A DNA stretch of 64,000 nucleotides, from positions 8,184,001 through 8,248,000 of the forward strand of contig CP075496.1 of NCBI GenBank assembly GCA_021613535.1, in the 5' to 3' direction. Position numbers and translations under genes: made by a program. Below are positions 28,861 to 40,500 of the stretch, one piece after another. How positions within the stretch are numbered: the first letter of the stretch is position 1; the number at the start of each line of letters is the position of its first letter. Source of the DNA: Adineta vaga (taxonomy: Eukaryota; Animalia; Rotifera). The notes below the pieces were generated by a model, which did no database searches, had not been told where the DNA came from, and saw nothing but the letters and a program-made list of their open reading frames with translations.

Positions 28861-31233
28861 ATGATGTCTATCATAAATGCAATCATATTTCTTATTGTCT
28901 TTGATTATATTCATAAAATCAATGGCATCGATTATCTAGGTTATCCAACTATTGATCAAGCAGGTTTTCATCATAATGCTCTACTCTATATTGATGGAAT
29001 TCATTCGCCAGAAAAGTTAATGTTCTGGTTAACTGGTTCATATGATTCTCTAGATTCTCATCATGTTATTTTCGATACAGTCACTATAATTGTTGAACGT
29101 ACACCGTACAACTCTGTGACAGCTTATTCAACAAATCAACGAGATTGGACATGGTTTCTTGATATGAAACTTACTGGTGAATATGGTATACTTTCTAATT
29201 TAACTCAAGCTTTAAATCGATTAGAACCAAGAATTAAACCTTTACAAATTATTGTCATGTTACCGTATATTGATTTAATTGGACAACAAACATTTTCATC
29301 TACATTAAATCTTGCCATACAAAATCATCGTCAACAAGCAATTGAATGGTATGTACAAACGGTGAAAGAACAAGTAAAACAATATTCAAAATTACATCTT
29401 TGGGGAATTTATCTTATGCGTGAAGATATTGCTTTGGATAGTAATGAACAAGTAACAAGAGAAATCAGTGACATTGTGCATTCACATCAATTACGTTTAC
29501 TTTGGATACCATATACAAGTGCAAGTAACTGGAATAATTGGGCAAATTTAGGTATTGATGTAGCTATTCTTCAATCTGGTTATGCGTTTTCATCACCATT
29601 AATGCAAGGAACATTCAATGCTGGTCGACTACGAGCAACTGCTAAACTTGCTCAAAAATATGGTTTAGGTGTTGAAATTGAAACAAATCAAGGTGCAAGT
29701 ACAGATTATGAAATAGCACTTTTACAAAATTATTTAGCACAAGGTTTTATTGATGGTTATCAGTTTGTACCAACAGCTTATTTTCTTGGTAATTATGATA
29801 CAATTGCTCGATCGAAACAGGCATGTAATCTTCTTCGTAAATATACATCTGGTCTTCAAATTGAACCAACCTTTCTTACAAATCTATCATGGTCTTGGAC
29901 AAATAATCCAATATCTCAAGCAACAATCAATATTTCATCATCAGTCATACCACAAGCTATTCGAATTAATTGGTCAACAAAACATAGAAATTGGTCGGGT
30001 AAGATTAAAGTAGAAGGATATATTAAAATAGATAATAGTTATACATGGAAATTGTTAAGTAGTACTGAGGTAGGTGAAAAAAATTGGCGTGATGAAGATT
30101 GGAGTAGTACATTACTACCATTTACAGTATCATCTTCTCAAACAATTCTATCAATACGAATATCATTTACTAGTGATTATTTTATACCTCAATTAACCAA
30201 TGAAGATCTCATTATTGAACAGATTCCAAATGGTATTGCCCTTCAAACAAGTACAGGTGCTCCATATCATATAATACCTACAATGCATACTTATAATCCT
30301 CAATATGGCGATTCAACTAATCAAACAATATCCAATTTTTATCGTGGTCTACTTACAGATAGACAATGGTCCATTGATCATTGGCAATCAAAAATGTCTA
30401 TTGGTTGGGCAAATGATATGTCGACTCATCCATTTATACGTATCGCAATTGATTTTGGTCAAATAATTCATATTGATCAAATTTTAGTTCGTATGCATGG
30501 CGGTACACATGCAAGTATTAATTGGCCTAACATTGCTCGTATACTGATTAGCAATGATTGTATACCATTTTCACCATATAGTTCATCGGATTGTTCAATA
30601 AAAAGTTATCCATGTACTGATCGTGTGATCACTGGTGGTACAGATACAAATCAGGGAGGTATTTTATCTTTTACATTTTCGAATTCTCTCCGTTGGGCAA
30701 CACTTGAATTTCAACCAAATGGTTGGCTTATGATTGATGAAATACAAGCTTTTGCTAATGGACGTGATATATCACATTTAATTCAATATTATCTTCTGAC
30801 ACCACCAACTTCTAACTCATTATCAACAAGTATTTCTTATTCTGATGATGGAGTTCGTCTTACAGATGGTGTTATATCTGGTGTAATGGGATCTCTAACA
30901 GGATGGATGAAAAGTGAAACACGTTCGATTATTATTGATCTATTAGTTATTCGAACTATTCGTGAAACATCGGTTTGGTCATTGATTAAGTCAGATTGGG
31001 CAATTGGTCCACCGACATCAGTCATTGTTAGTACAAGTTTAGATGGAAATACTTGGATTTTATTTGATAAACAAGGACAGATGCAAATGGGCGAACGTAT
31101 ACTAGATGCTCAACGTTTATTTCTAATCGCTAGTTATCCAAGACAAACTCGATATATTAAATTTGATTTTCCCGTTGATCAACTTACTCCTGGGTGGTGG
31201 ACAATGATATCTGAAGTATCAGCTACTGATTAA
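28861..31233 (+). CDS. Intronless secreted DUF4855-like (TIM-barrel, glycoside hydrolase-like) protein with C-terminal discoidin/CBM32-like domains; probable bacterial HGT
   Basis: 790-aa uninterrupted ORF with LWGIYLMRED, LLWIPY...WNNWANLGIDVAILQSGYAF and GLGVEIE (DUF4855-like pattern). C-terminal YGDS...LLTD and YSDDGVRLTDG, IxIDL/IDFG and WxMIxE motifs. N-terminal signal peptide. Confidence 0.85.
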   Translation: MMSIINAIIFLIVFDYIHKINGIDYLGYPTIDQAGFHHNALLYIDGIHSPEKLMFWLTGSYDSLDSHHVIFDTVTIIVERTPYNSVTAYSTNQRDWTWFLDMKLTGEYGILSNLTQALNRLEPRIKPLQIIVMLPYIDLIGQQTFSSTLNLAIQNHRQQAIEWYVQTVKEQVKQYSKLHLWGIYLMREDIALDSNEQVTREISDIVHSHQLRLLWIPYTSASNWNNWANLGIDVAILQSGYAFSSPLMQGTFNAGRLRATAKLAQKYGLGVEIETNQGASTDYEIALLQNYLAQGFIDGYQFVPTAYFLGNYDTIARSKQACNLLRKYTSGLQIEPTFLTNLSWSWTNNPISQATINISSSVIPQAIRINWSTKHRNWSGKIKVEGYIKIDNSYTWKLLSSTEVGEKNWRDEDWSSTLLPFTVSSSQTILSIRISFTSDYFIPQLTNEDLIIEQIPNGIALQTSTGAPYHIIPTMHTYNPQYGDSTNQTISNFYRGLLTDRQWSIDHWQSKMSIGWANDMSTHPFIRIAIDFGQIIHIDQILVRMHGGTHASINWPNIARILISNDCIPFSPYSSSDCSIKSYPCTDRVITGGTDTNQGGILSFTFSNSLRWATLEFQPNGWLMIDEIQAFANGRDISHLIQYYLLTPPTSNSLSTSISYSDDGVRLTDGVISGVMGSLTGWMKSETRSIIIDLLVIRTIRETSVWSLIKSDWAIGPPTSVIVSTSLDGNTWILFDKQGQMQMGERILDAQRLFLIASYPRQTRYIKFDFPVDQLTPGWWTMISEVSATD

Positions 31234-31404
31234 TTTCTTGCAAAAACAAAATTTGATTTTAATTTTCAGATGTCATGTTTATTTTTATTCATAATTTTAT
31301 TTGAGCACATGACAGAAAAATTTCAAATAAGCAAATAAAAGTTAAGTCAACGATCTTTTTTTTCATTTCAGACATAATATATTCATTGATAAAAAAAAAC
31401 ATCA

Positions 31405-32235
31405 CTAACCACTTGTAATTCGAAAACATCCTCCACAGGCATCGTATGCTGCATTACGTGTATAATCAGAAATTGCATTTGAACAAGCTTGACAACCGTT
31501 ATATTCATTATCTTCATTGCAAGGTATACTATAACGTTGACTAGCAGCTTGTAAACCAGTTGATTGAACAACATGTATTACTCTCATTTGAGTAGTTGGT
31601 GGAGGTGCCATAACAACTTGTCGATATTGAACACTCTGCGATAGTAAATCTCTAGTACAATCGGCAGCAGTCGAAAGCGTTACCTCATGAGAACGAACGT
31701 ATTTAATTAAGGCTGGAATTCTAGTTCGAAATGATTGCCAACTAGCACTACTTAAATCAGTAGTATCGTCCGGAGCTGTCATTTGATCAATAGCATCTTT
31801 TTCTTCATCATATTTATCAATCATATCTTTTGCAAACTTTTCGATCGAGTTACATGTCTCGTTATGTGACTTAATATAATTTTCGTAAGCTTTAATAATT
31901 CGTTTGATACCGCTACGTAATTCATCTTGAATTTCTCTCCATTCTGCAGCACATGATGTACCTTGAGCGCTTGATTCTGCCATTTTGTCAGCAAGTTTAC
32001 TTACTTTTTCACGGATTTTGTCTATGGCTTCTTTATCATTTTCAATTTCTTCACTGACTTCATTATTTAATTTTTTTGCACCCACGCGAGCGAGTGCATG
32101 AAGATCGTCTGCTGTTTCTTGTAAATCTGATTCTCGTTTGTAACGTGATAAATAATTGTTTTGAACACTGAATTCATAAGAATAATGAATACAATCAAGA
32201 ATGATAACGAAATTGATCAATGATGATAAGATCAT
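31405..32235 (-). CDS. Intronless secreted coiled-coil/helical orphan with furin site and C-terminal Cys-rich mini-domain
   Basis: Likely start MILSSLINFVIILDCIHYS (ATG 32233-32235) with TATA-like sequence at 32290-32297. RYKR/E site, helical charged core, C-terminal CNEDNEYNGCQAC...DACGGCF. Confidence 0.8.
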   Translation of the reverse strand: MILSSLINFVIILDCIHYSYEFSVQNNYLSRYKRESDLQETADDLHALARVGAKKLNNEVSEEIENDKEAIDKIREKVSKLADKMAESSAQGTSCAAEWREIQDELRSGIKRIIKAYENYIKSHNETCNSIEKFAKDMIDKYDEEKDAIDQMTAPDDTTDLSSASWQSFRTRIPALIKYVRSHEVTLSTAADCTRDLLSQSVQYRQVVMAPPPTTQMRVIHVVQSTGLQAASQRYSIPCNEDNEYNGCQACSNAISDYTRNAAYDACGGCFRITSG

Positions 32236-32840
32236 TTCGATTTGATTAGAAGGAAAAAATAGAAATAAGATTTCACTTGATTTCAAGTATTTATATAAGA
32301 CAGTAGATAGAAACATATTTGCAATAGTTTACATATGCTTTTTATTTTATATTTGATTTGAATTTCTGGACAATCTGTATAAACTTCAAATGGAAAATAT
32401 TGAGTTTTTCATTTAAGATATTCATTTATTACTGATTGAAAACAAATATATGTTTATGTCTATCTTCAAGGTTACATACAATTTCAAGTATAACAATAAA
32501 AAATACATCATATTTGTAGCAAATTATGAAGAATTTCACTATGTAATATGAATTGCATAGGTTTTGAAAAACGAAAAAAAAAAGAAGAGGATATCACGAT
32601 TTCTACTCATCTTTCAAGACACGTGCGCTCTCATACGAAAGATTTACTCATTGGTTTCAGTTTGTTTACCAATGACGTTTTGTTATCAGTGACTGACTTG
32701 TCAATGAAAACTACTTCTACCTATCTACGCTTCATTTCGTGAAGTATATAACAAGGTCTAATTTTGTTCTCCGGTGATCACAGACGTGTTGTGAATAAAC
32801 ACTCATTACATTGCAATATCTTTTTCATTTAATCATTCAC

Positions 32841-35800
32841 ATGAGTGCTTCGGTAAGATAAAAAAATAACATATACACATTTTATCTAATACTTGAACAT
32901 GTCCAAATTGTCTGAGAATATTCTACATTATGATTGAGATTTTATATTATTTAAAGATTATCGATCAGGTTAAAGATGAGTATGATTAAGCTGTTAGAAA
33001 AAGTGAGAATATAAGACGATGACAATGATTAGAAAAAGTGTAAATGTTATGTACGTGTGCATTTATATGCATGCATCAAATGTACTATATGTGATACTTG
33101 TCTACTGTTCTTTACTTACTTCAACTCATATTCATGCCAATGAGAAAGAGCATATGTATTGATTAAGTATATTCTTTCGTTATTGTTGTTGCTGTCGTTG
33201 TCGTCGTCGTCGTCGTTCTTCTCTTCTTCTTCTTCTTCTTCTTCTCCTTCATCTAATGGATAGATTAATCTGTCTGGTATTGTATCGAGAAACATACATC
33301 AAGTGTCTTCTTTCTATCGCATTCTAAATATGTAATCGATCACTTTCTTTGTTTTAGGCGACTGCTACAACCACGGAACGTAAATCGTTCTTACCATTAC
33401 GAGTACGCTCGACTACAGTTGCAGGATCGAGTAATATGCCAGCATCATCTCGTTCGATCACACCTGTTCCTATATCCATGCCATTGGGTGTACAAAATGA
33501 TTCGTTAATTGATTTATGCTATTTTGATTTGTTTTTCATCGCTGTTTGTTTTTATTGATTTCTAGTAAAGTATCATTTGCCGTGGGAGATCGTGTATTAG
33601 TCAATGGACTCAAAATTGGAACTCTACGCTATGTTGGAACAGTTAAATTCGCTTCTGGATTATTCTATGGTATTGAATTGGATGAACCTGAAGGTAAACA
33701 TGATGGACAAGTGAACGATTTTCGGTATTTATATTCGCATGAAATATATTCTTTGCATTTTTATATGATACTTGTTTGTTTTTACAAAGATATTTTCAAT
33801 GTAAAACGAATCATGGAGTATTTGTACCGTATGATAAAGTTGTCTTAGCACCTCGAGAACGAACATTAGTATGTATTTATCGACAAGAAATCATTGAAAT
33901 TAAAAGAAAAATCATACATTTCAGTCAACATATCGAACGATTAGTCGTTTAAGGCCTCCAGCAATAACTCGTACTATGACAGTGTCATCAGCAATAACTA
34001 TTAAAACTGAACGACATACAATTAAACCACCTTCTCCACATATTCCATTACCTGATATTATACCAACTCCAACAACTCCTACGCAACCCATCGCCATAAA
34101 CAAGTCAATTAATGATCCAGTCCTCACCGATGATCTTGTTCGTTTCATTTATCCGAAAACAAATCTCATTTTTAATTCTAGGATACAATGACACCAACAG
34201 AAGAACCAAGTTTAATCTGCAATTCAATACTTCAAATTCAACCAACAACAATCGATGAACGTATGTTTCAATTTTTTTCTTAAAAAAAGTGCATTAAATT
34301 CTCATTGCTTTAGCTTCGGAAACGATTGAAGCTGATTTTACTGATAGTGTCTCGCTAATTCTTCATCAACTTCAACAAGATGAAAAACCTGATTTTCTTC
34401 ATTCACGTGGTTCATTAACCATCAGTGAAGGAAGTACGAATGATGATGGAGATGATGAGAATGACGATAATATTAGTGATGATTGTGATAATGAAAGTAT
34501 TCCTGGATCAAGTATTAGTGAAAGAATACAAATCATTCGTCGTTCATTATCAATACATGAATCAACAAAATCTGTACAAACAGATCTATCCTTCGATATC
34601 AATGATAATATGTTGATTATGAAAAATACTTCATTAGAATCGACATCACTTTCAAATTCAAATAAATCATTAACCGATTCATCAACATCGATTAATAAAT
34701 TAAAAATGAACTCTACATATAATAAATCAGTTAGTAGCAATAAACGATTAAGTATTCCAACTTCAATATCAACTATAAAGAAAGGTTCAGAAAATTCATT
34801 GACAGGAAAACAATCGATTAAATATTGTTTACTTTTCTTAAGATTCTGAACGAAAAGGATCTATTACAGTAATAAATACTGCGTCTTCAACGCGAAAATT
34901 ATCTTTAATACCATCAAAAAAAGGATCTCCAGCTATGACTAGACAAAATTCTATCAACTCAATTGTTTCATCAAGTTCACAATCGAGTAAATTCTCATCT
35001 TTTCACATATGCTTATAATCTATTTGATTAATTCAGAGCTCAATCATTCTCTTTCATCAACAACTTCAATCGATGATAATCACACTGAAGTTATACCAAA
35101 TTCACGAAGATCATCGAACACAAATTTAAAATCATCTTCCACTACAACTCGAAAAGTATCTCATCCAACTAATCTTCTTGATTCTGGTAGATAAATTTTC
35201 TTTCAAAACTTCATCTAAGTTCTTTTTTTGTGCAGATAAAAAAACGATTTCGTCTCAACATTTATCGTTGTAAATTTTAAACAATTTCCTCGATTTTAAA
35301 TGAATATATTTCATTTTAATTCTAGACAAAAATCAGTTATTCAATCATTTGAAGATCAATCAAGAAAACAATATCAATATTTACTCAAACAATTCGATAC
35401 ATTATGTATTATGAGTCAATATTATCATTCTCAAGTAAAAGATTTCGTTTCCAAGAAGATGATAGATTACAATCTTCTTTTCATAGAATGAGCAAATCAA
35501 ACAACATTATGAACTTCAACTGAAGAAAGGTAGAAATGAATCGATGAATTTATTTTCATGAAACTTTTTTCTTCGTTTAAATTCAGTTCAAACGGCAAGT
35601 AATCAACTGAAGGTACATCTTGAGATCTTTTGCATTGAACAGAAAGAAAAGTTAATTGTATCGAATAGATTTCGATCGATCAATTACAAACATCACATCA
35701 AAATGAGTTGAGTACATTAGAACAACAACATCGAAATCAACTTGATACGATCAAAGAACTTCATCAACAACAAATCATTGAATATCAACAAAATCTTGAT

Positions 35801-36745
35801 AAAGCATCAGTAAATATCAATGATTTCTTTTTATCGCAAAACATCTTCTCGATTCTTTGTTTGTGTACAGAATGAAAAGATAGAATTCGAAATTCGTTGT
35901 AAATCTTTGCAAGAACAAGTCGATAGATTTATGGATGAAATGGCAAATAGTGAACATGCAGATCCATTGTTACGGCGTGTTGAAATCTTAGAAAAAGATC
36001 GAACAAGTTTACAAACTGTATTAGAAATTCGAAAACAAGAATTAACACAACTACGAACGAAAATTAATGAACAAGTTTTTCAAGTAAACGATTTTCATAA
36101 GTTTAATTTAGAAACGAATTTGATTTTAGCGTGAAGATCAACTTGCCTTACAAAAACGAATTGATATGGTTGAAAATCGAAATCAAGATCTTGTTTGTTT
36201 ACTTCGAAATTGGCAATTAAATGAAAAGTAAGTTGACTAATCTGTGTACGAGAAAAAAGAAACAACAATTCAATAAATAAATCGATAATAGAATAGTGTA
36301 TCAGATGTTGGCACCAGCTGTCGAATAGAGATAACGTTTCTGTCATTATCATTATTAAAATATGATATGAATAGATAATATTATCCTTGAAAATAATATG
36401 TTTTTTTTTTCCTCTATAAAAATTGATATTTACGAAATAAGTATGATTAACTTGTATTGTTTCATATCTTCTAGAGCTATTGCTGTTGAACGTGATCAAC
36501 TTAAAGAACAAATAGCAATATTAGAACGTGATAATCGTCAATTAACATTTCAAAATGAAACGTTACTCTATCGTCTTCGTGATCGACCCATATCAACATC
36601 TCAACCTCAATCATTAAAATTGAATTTAACTGCACCTATTATTCCACCAAGTCGTGATCGAACACATAGTTTATCTACACTTATGATAACAAATATACAT
36701 AAGACTGATTGTCTTTCACGGTCATTATCATTAAATTTCCTTTGA
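32841..36745 (+). CDS. CAP-Gly domain protein with SxIP-like motifs and MTUS1/MTUS2/CCDC69-like C-terminal coiled coil
   Basis: CAP-Gly VGDRVLVNG..GTLRYVG...FASGLFYGIELDEPEGKHDG...YFQC..NHGVFV. Motifs KSFLP and KLSLIPSKK. C-terminal SLQTVLEIRKQELTQLR and NRQLTFQNETLLYRL. The first exon (MSAS, 32841-32852) is tentative. Confidence 0.85.
33183..33250. repeat. Compound trinucleotide microsatellite (GTT/GTC/CTT)n in an intron
   Basis: ttgttgttgctgtcgttgtcgtcgtcgtcgtcgttcttctcttcttcttcttcttctt. Confidence 0.8.
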
Positions 36746-37561
36746 AATCGGTGATTTCTTCAATTGACTCTTCGAGAATGTCTATTGACTAAGATTTCGC
36801 TTTTAAATTTGACAATATTCAATCTATATGCCTGCATCTACTTGTGTGATACGAATTCTTTACATCGACACTCTCTTTTCTTTTTTTTTGTATTATTTAT
36901 ATATTTGATTTTCTCTTTGTTTTAAATATAAATATTTATTTGCATTTGTCTTCCTATGTGGTTATAATTAGAAGAAGAAGAAAAAAAACAAATATATTTT
37001 TTCATGTTGATCTGATATGACGTAAGAAATAGTTATTATTCATTTGGTATGATATGCTAATTACGAATGTTATTCATAGTGAAAACAAGAAAAGATTGTA
37101 TAATATTTTTTTATTATAAACAATTCGTGTAACGAAAAAAGTTCTTTATCTAGATCGGTTATTTTTGTTTTTTTTCTTCTATTGACAAAGACCTTGGTTT
37201 ATGAACGGCAAAACTATCGTTCGTATGAAATTGAAAATTGAAAGCAAATGTTTTCATATGAAACATTTGTTCTTTTGTATTTATTAGAGATTTTATCTAA
37301 AAAATTGTCACACATATGTTTTAATTCATTTCTAAAGAATGAATATCAAGAAAAGCGATCAATTGAAAGCAAAATATCTGAAATACCATTCATCTGTTAT
37401 AAATTTAATCCAATAAACAAAACGAATGATATTTTCTTAATAAAATACAAAAGAAATAAAAGAAAACTCAGATGTTCGAATCGAACTGATTTTCGATATG
37501 AATATTCTTCTATTCGTTATAATAAAATAACATGTTAACAATTTAAAACGCATCTTCAGTA

Positions 37562-40500
37562 ATGATTTCTTTTTATCTTCTCTTGATTTTCATTTGTTCT
37601 CTAATCAAATCGATTTTGACAACAACCCAATCACCATTTGAATTCATCTTCGATTATCATGATAAACAAATCATTGATACAAATTTTACTATAACAACAA
37701 AGTTAATTCATAATCAATCTCAAACAATCGATTGTGACAATCATCGATATGGTTTATGTCTTGTTGAGATATCATTAAAAATTCAATCGAATACATTATC
37801 GACACAATGTTCGTGTCAATTACCAGCAAGATTACGTACAAGTTCAAAACAGGACTATACTTGTATTTTACCAACAACTGATGCTACTGAACAACCATCA
37901 TTGACAATGGTAGTTAATTCGCATGAATCAGAAAAACTGTTTCCAATTGCAACGGCGAATTTTCGATATGCATCAAGATATTCAGTTGAAAAACAAGTGG
38001 AAATTCCAATTGTCATTCGGGTAACTGTTCTCACAAGGAAAAAAAAACATATACAAATTTGTTTTTAGACCAAACAGGATATTAGTAATGAAAATATTCT
38101 GTTACGAACTATTCGAAGTTTGCGAAATCGAATTGATATAAATGATGCAATTGAAAGTGAGCTTGATGATCCTGAATGTACACTTTATAATTATGGTAAA
38201 TAAATGAAATCGAATGATTAGTTGATAAATACAGGTCCGCCGTAGTTTATTTTGTTTAATTTCAGATTATCGTTATACAAATCCATCAGGTTTAGCAAGA
38301 ATCGATCAAGTAAGACATGATGTTTTTTGACTTATACGAAAGTTTTAAGTCAATTTCGTTGCAGTTGGATAGTCCTGTTGCATCGGCTGATTTCGCAAAT
38401 GTAAGTTAAGTGATGAAATTTTTTCTTAACACCATCTCTCTTGTAACTACAAAAAAAAACACATTAAAAGTAATCATGATAAACATCAGAAGAAAGAGTT
38501 CATGTGATTTTCATTATTTTCTTCTTCTTTATAATCTATTGTTTATTGTGTTGTTTTGTTTTTAGGATGTTCTCACAAGTTTGGAAAACAGATTGATAAA
38601 TAAATTTTCATATTTCATATTTTGTTTTGTTTTTTATTGAAAGATGATAATTCAAATGAACGAAAAGGTGAAATCGTTCGTTTCGTCACAAAAAGCTGCA
38701 CTGTAATTCCACCACTCTATGGTAATCCAGATGTTGAATCGATTCGAGTAGCTAGTGCACCAGATATTATCATTGATCAACGTATTGATCGAAATATTGA
38801 TCCAGAAAGTGATGGTATCGATTTTCCTTATATGAAAAGATATATTTTTCTTATACGAATGAAAATCCATATTTATTTACAATTTATTGTTGTTCCCTCA
38901 TGCAATGTGAATTTCTTTTACGTCGTTGCTCATTATGATACAGGAGAAACGGAATTCTATCGATCGACAGTAGGACAAAGTCCAGTTGTTCAAAACTTTC
39001 GCGTGAGACCTACAAAATATTTTGAAGTACATCTGAATTCAACTGATAATGGTTTACCACCGAATGATGTGACATTGAATGTGGTATGTAGAATTTCATC
39101 AACTTTTTGAATGATTTTCTTTGTTCAATATTCAAGGCTTATTGTGTTACACCAAAAGAGGAATGTCCGACTGTAAGTAAATGTATTAATGTTTTGTTAG
39201 AAGGAGAGAACAGTTATTTTTTATGCATTAGGTTATCAATCCAATTTATCCATCGGATGATTACATTGGAACTGTCAACGTGGATGTCAGTTAATAACGT
39301 ATACTTTTGAATATAAATTTTTGTTATTATTATATAGATTAATGCCGATATAAATGGTAATTCATTGTCTCCGTCTGTTCCTGTAAGTAGCTATTTTTTT
39401 TATAGCGTGCTGTTTCGAATGTGAAGATTTTGCTTTTTAAATAGATATTAGACGAAACATTACCTGCGACGTCGTTCATACCATCTCAAAATCCTGTGGC
39501 TGGTGTTGATGTTAGCGTAAGTTTATAATTTATTCATTTTACAAATGAAATAGATAATGACCAAACTCATGTTTTTACGAACAGATTGACACCGAAAATA
39601 TTCCATCACCATTCTATGTAAGATATTCTTGTTTAATTATCTAAAAAAGATGAAAGTTATTTCTATTTTTCAGAGTATTAATGCTGATTTTATACCACAG
39701 CCGACAACGTATGAATCAAGTTATGCGTCTCCTATTGTAAGACTTAATCATTGAAATTATATCTTGCAGCTTTGATTTCATTTAGAATGTTCCACGTCAA
39801 GAATTAGCGGATATCTATCATTCACCTGTTTCGATCATCGGCACCGTCGATATTAACATTGTGAACAACGATCAATCAAATATTCCAGTAAAAAAGTCTT
39901 TCTTCTTCTTATTTGTTTTATGTTTCTAAATATGCTATAGATCCTTAATCAGATGCCGATTGCTTCACAAGTTGTACCTCAACCAACGATATATGTCGCT
40001 GATCCTATCAATAGATCTCCCTTTGTAAGAATTATTTGAAAACAGGATTTACATCTTATTATTTCGTTAGATTGCTAGCCGAGAAGAAATAGTAAATGTG
40101 CCAACCAAATCTTCTGATATTGTTGGTACCGTAGATGTTAGCGTAAGCTTCTCATCTCTAGTTTATCGTCTGATACTTCAACTATGCAATATGATTATTA
40201 TCTCTATTTTATAGATATCTGCCGATACTCCTGATCTATCGTTTTCAAATGATGCTCTTATTGTATGTTCTCTACGGAAAATGATAAGTTCATAATAATT
40301 TAATAGAGTAACAAAATCACATTTCTAGATCATTCTATCACTCATTTAAAAACCGATACAGTTTTTACACTTCATCTGCTAGAATACGGATTATATCTTA
40401 CATCTCTTTTTAGTCACCAATATCTACTTATGATCCTTTACCACCGATGCGAACAACACAAGTACCTGCAAACTATGCATGCTACAACAATCTACAAATT

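Noticed and set aside
32236-32316. N-terminal extension of ORF 31405-32316
   Set aside because: The extension spans a TATA-like box and T-rich UTR-like sequence; the downstream ATG at 32235 gives a clean signal peptide.
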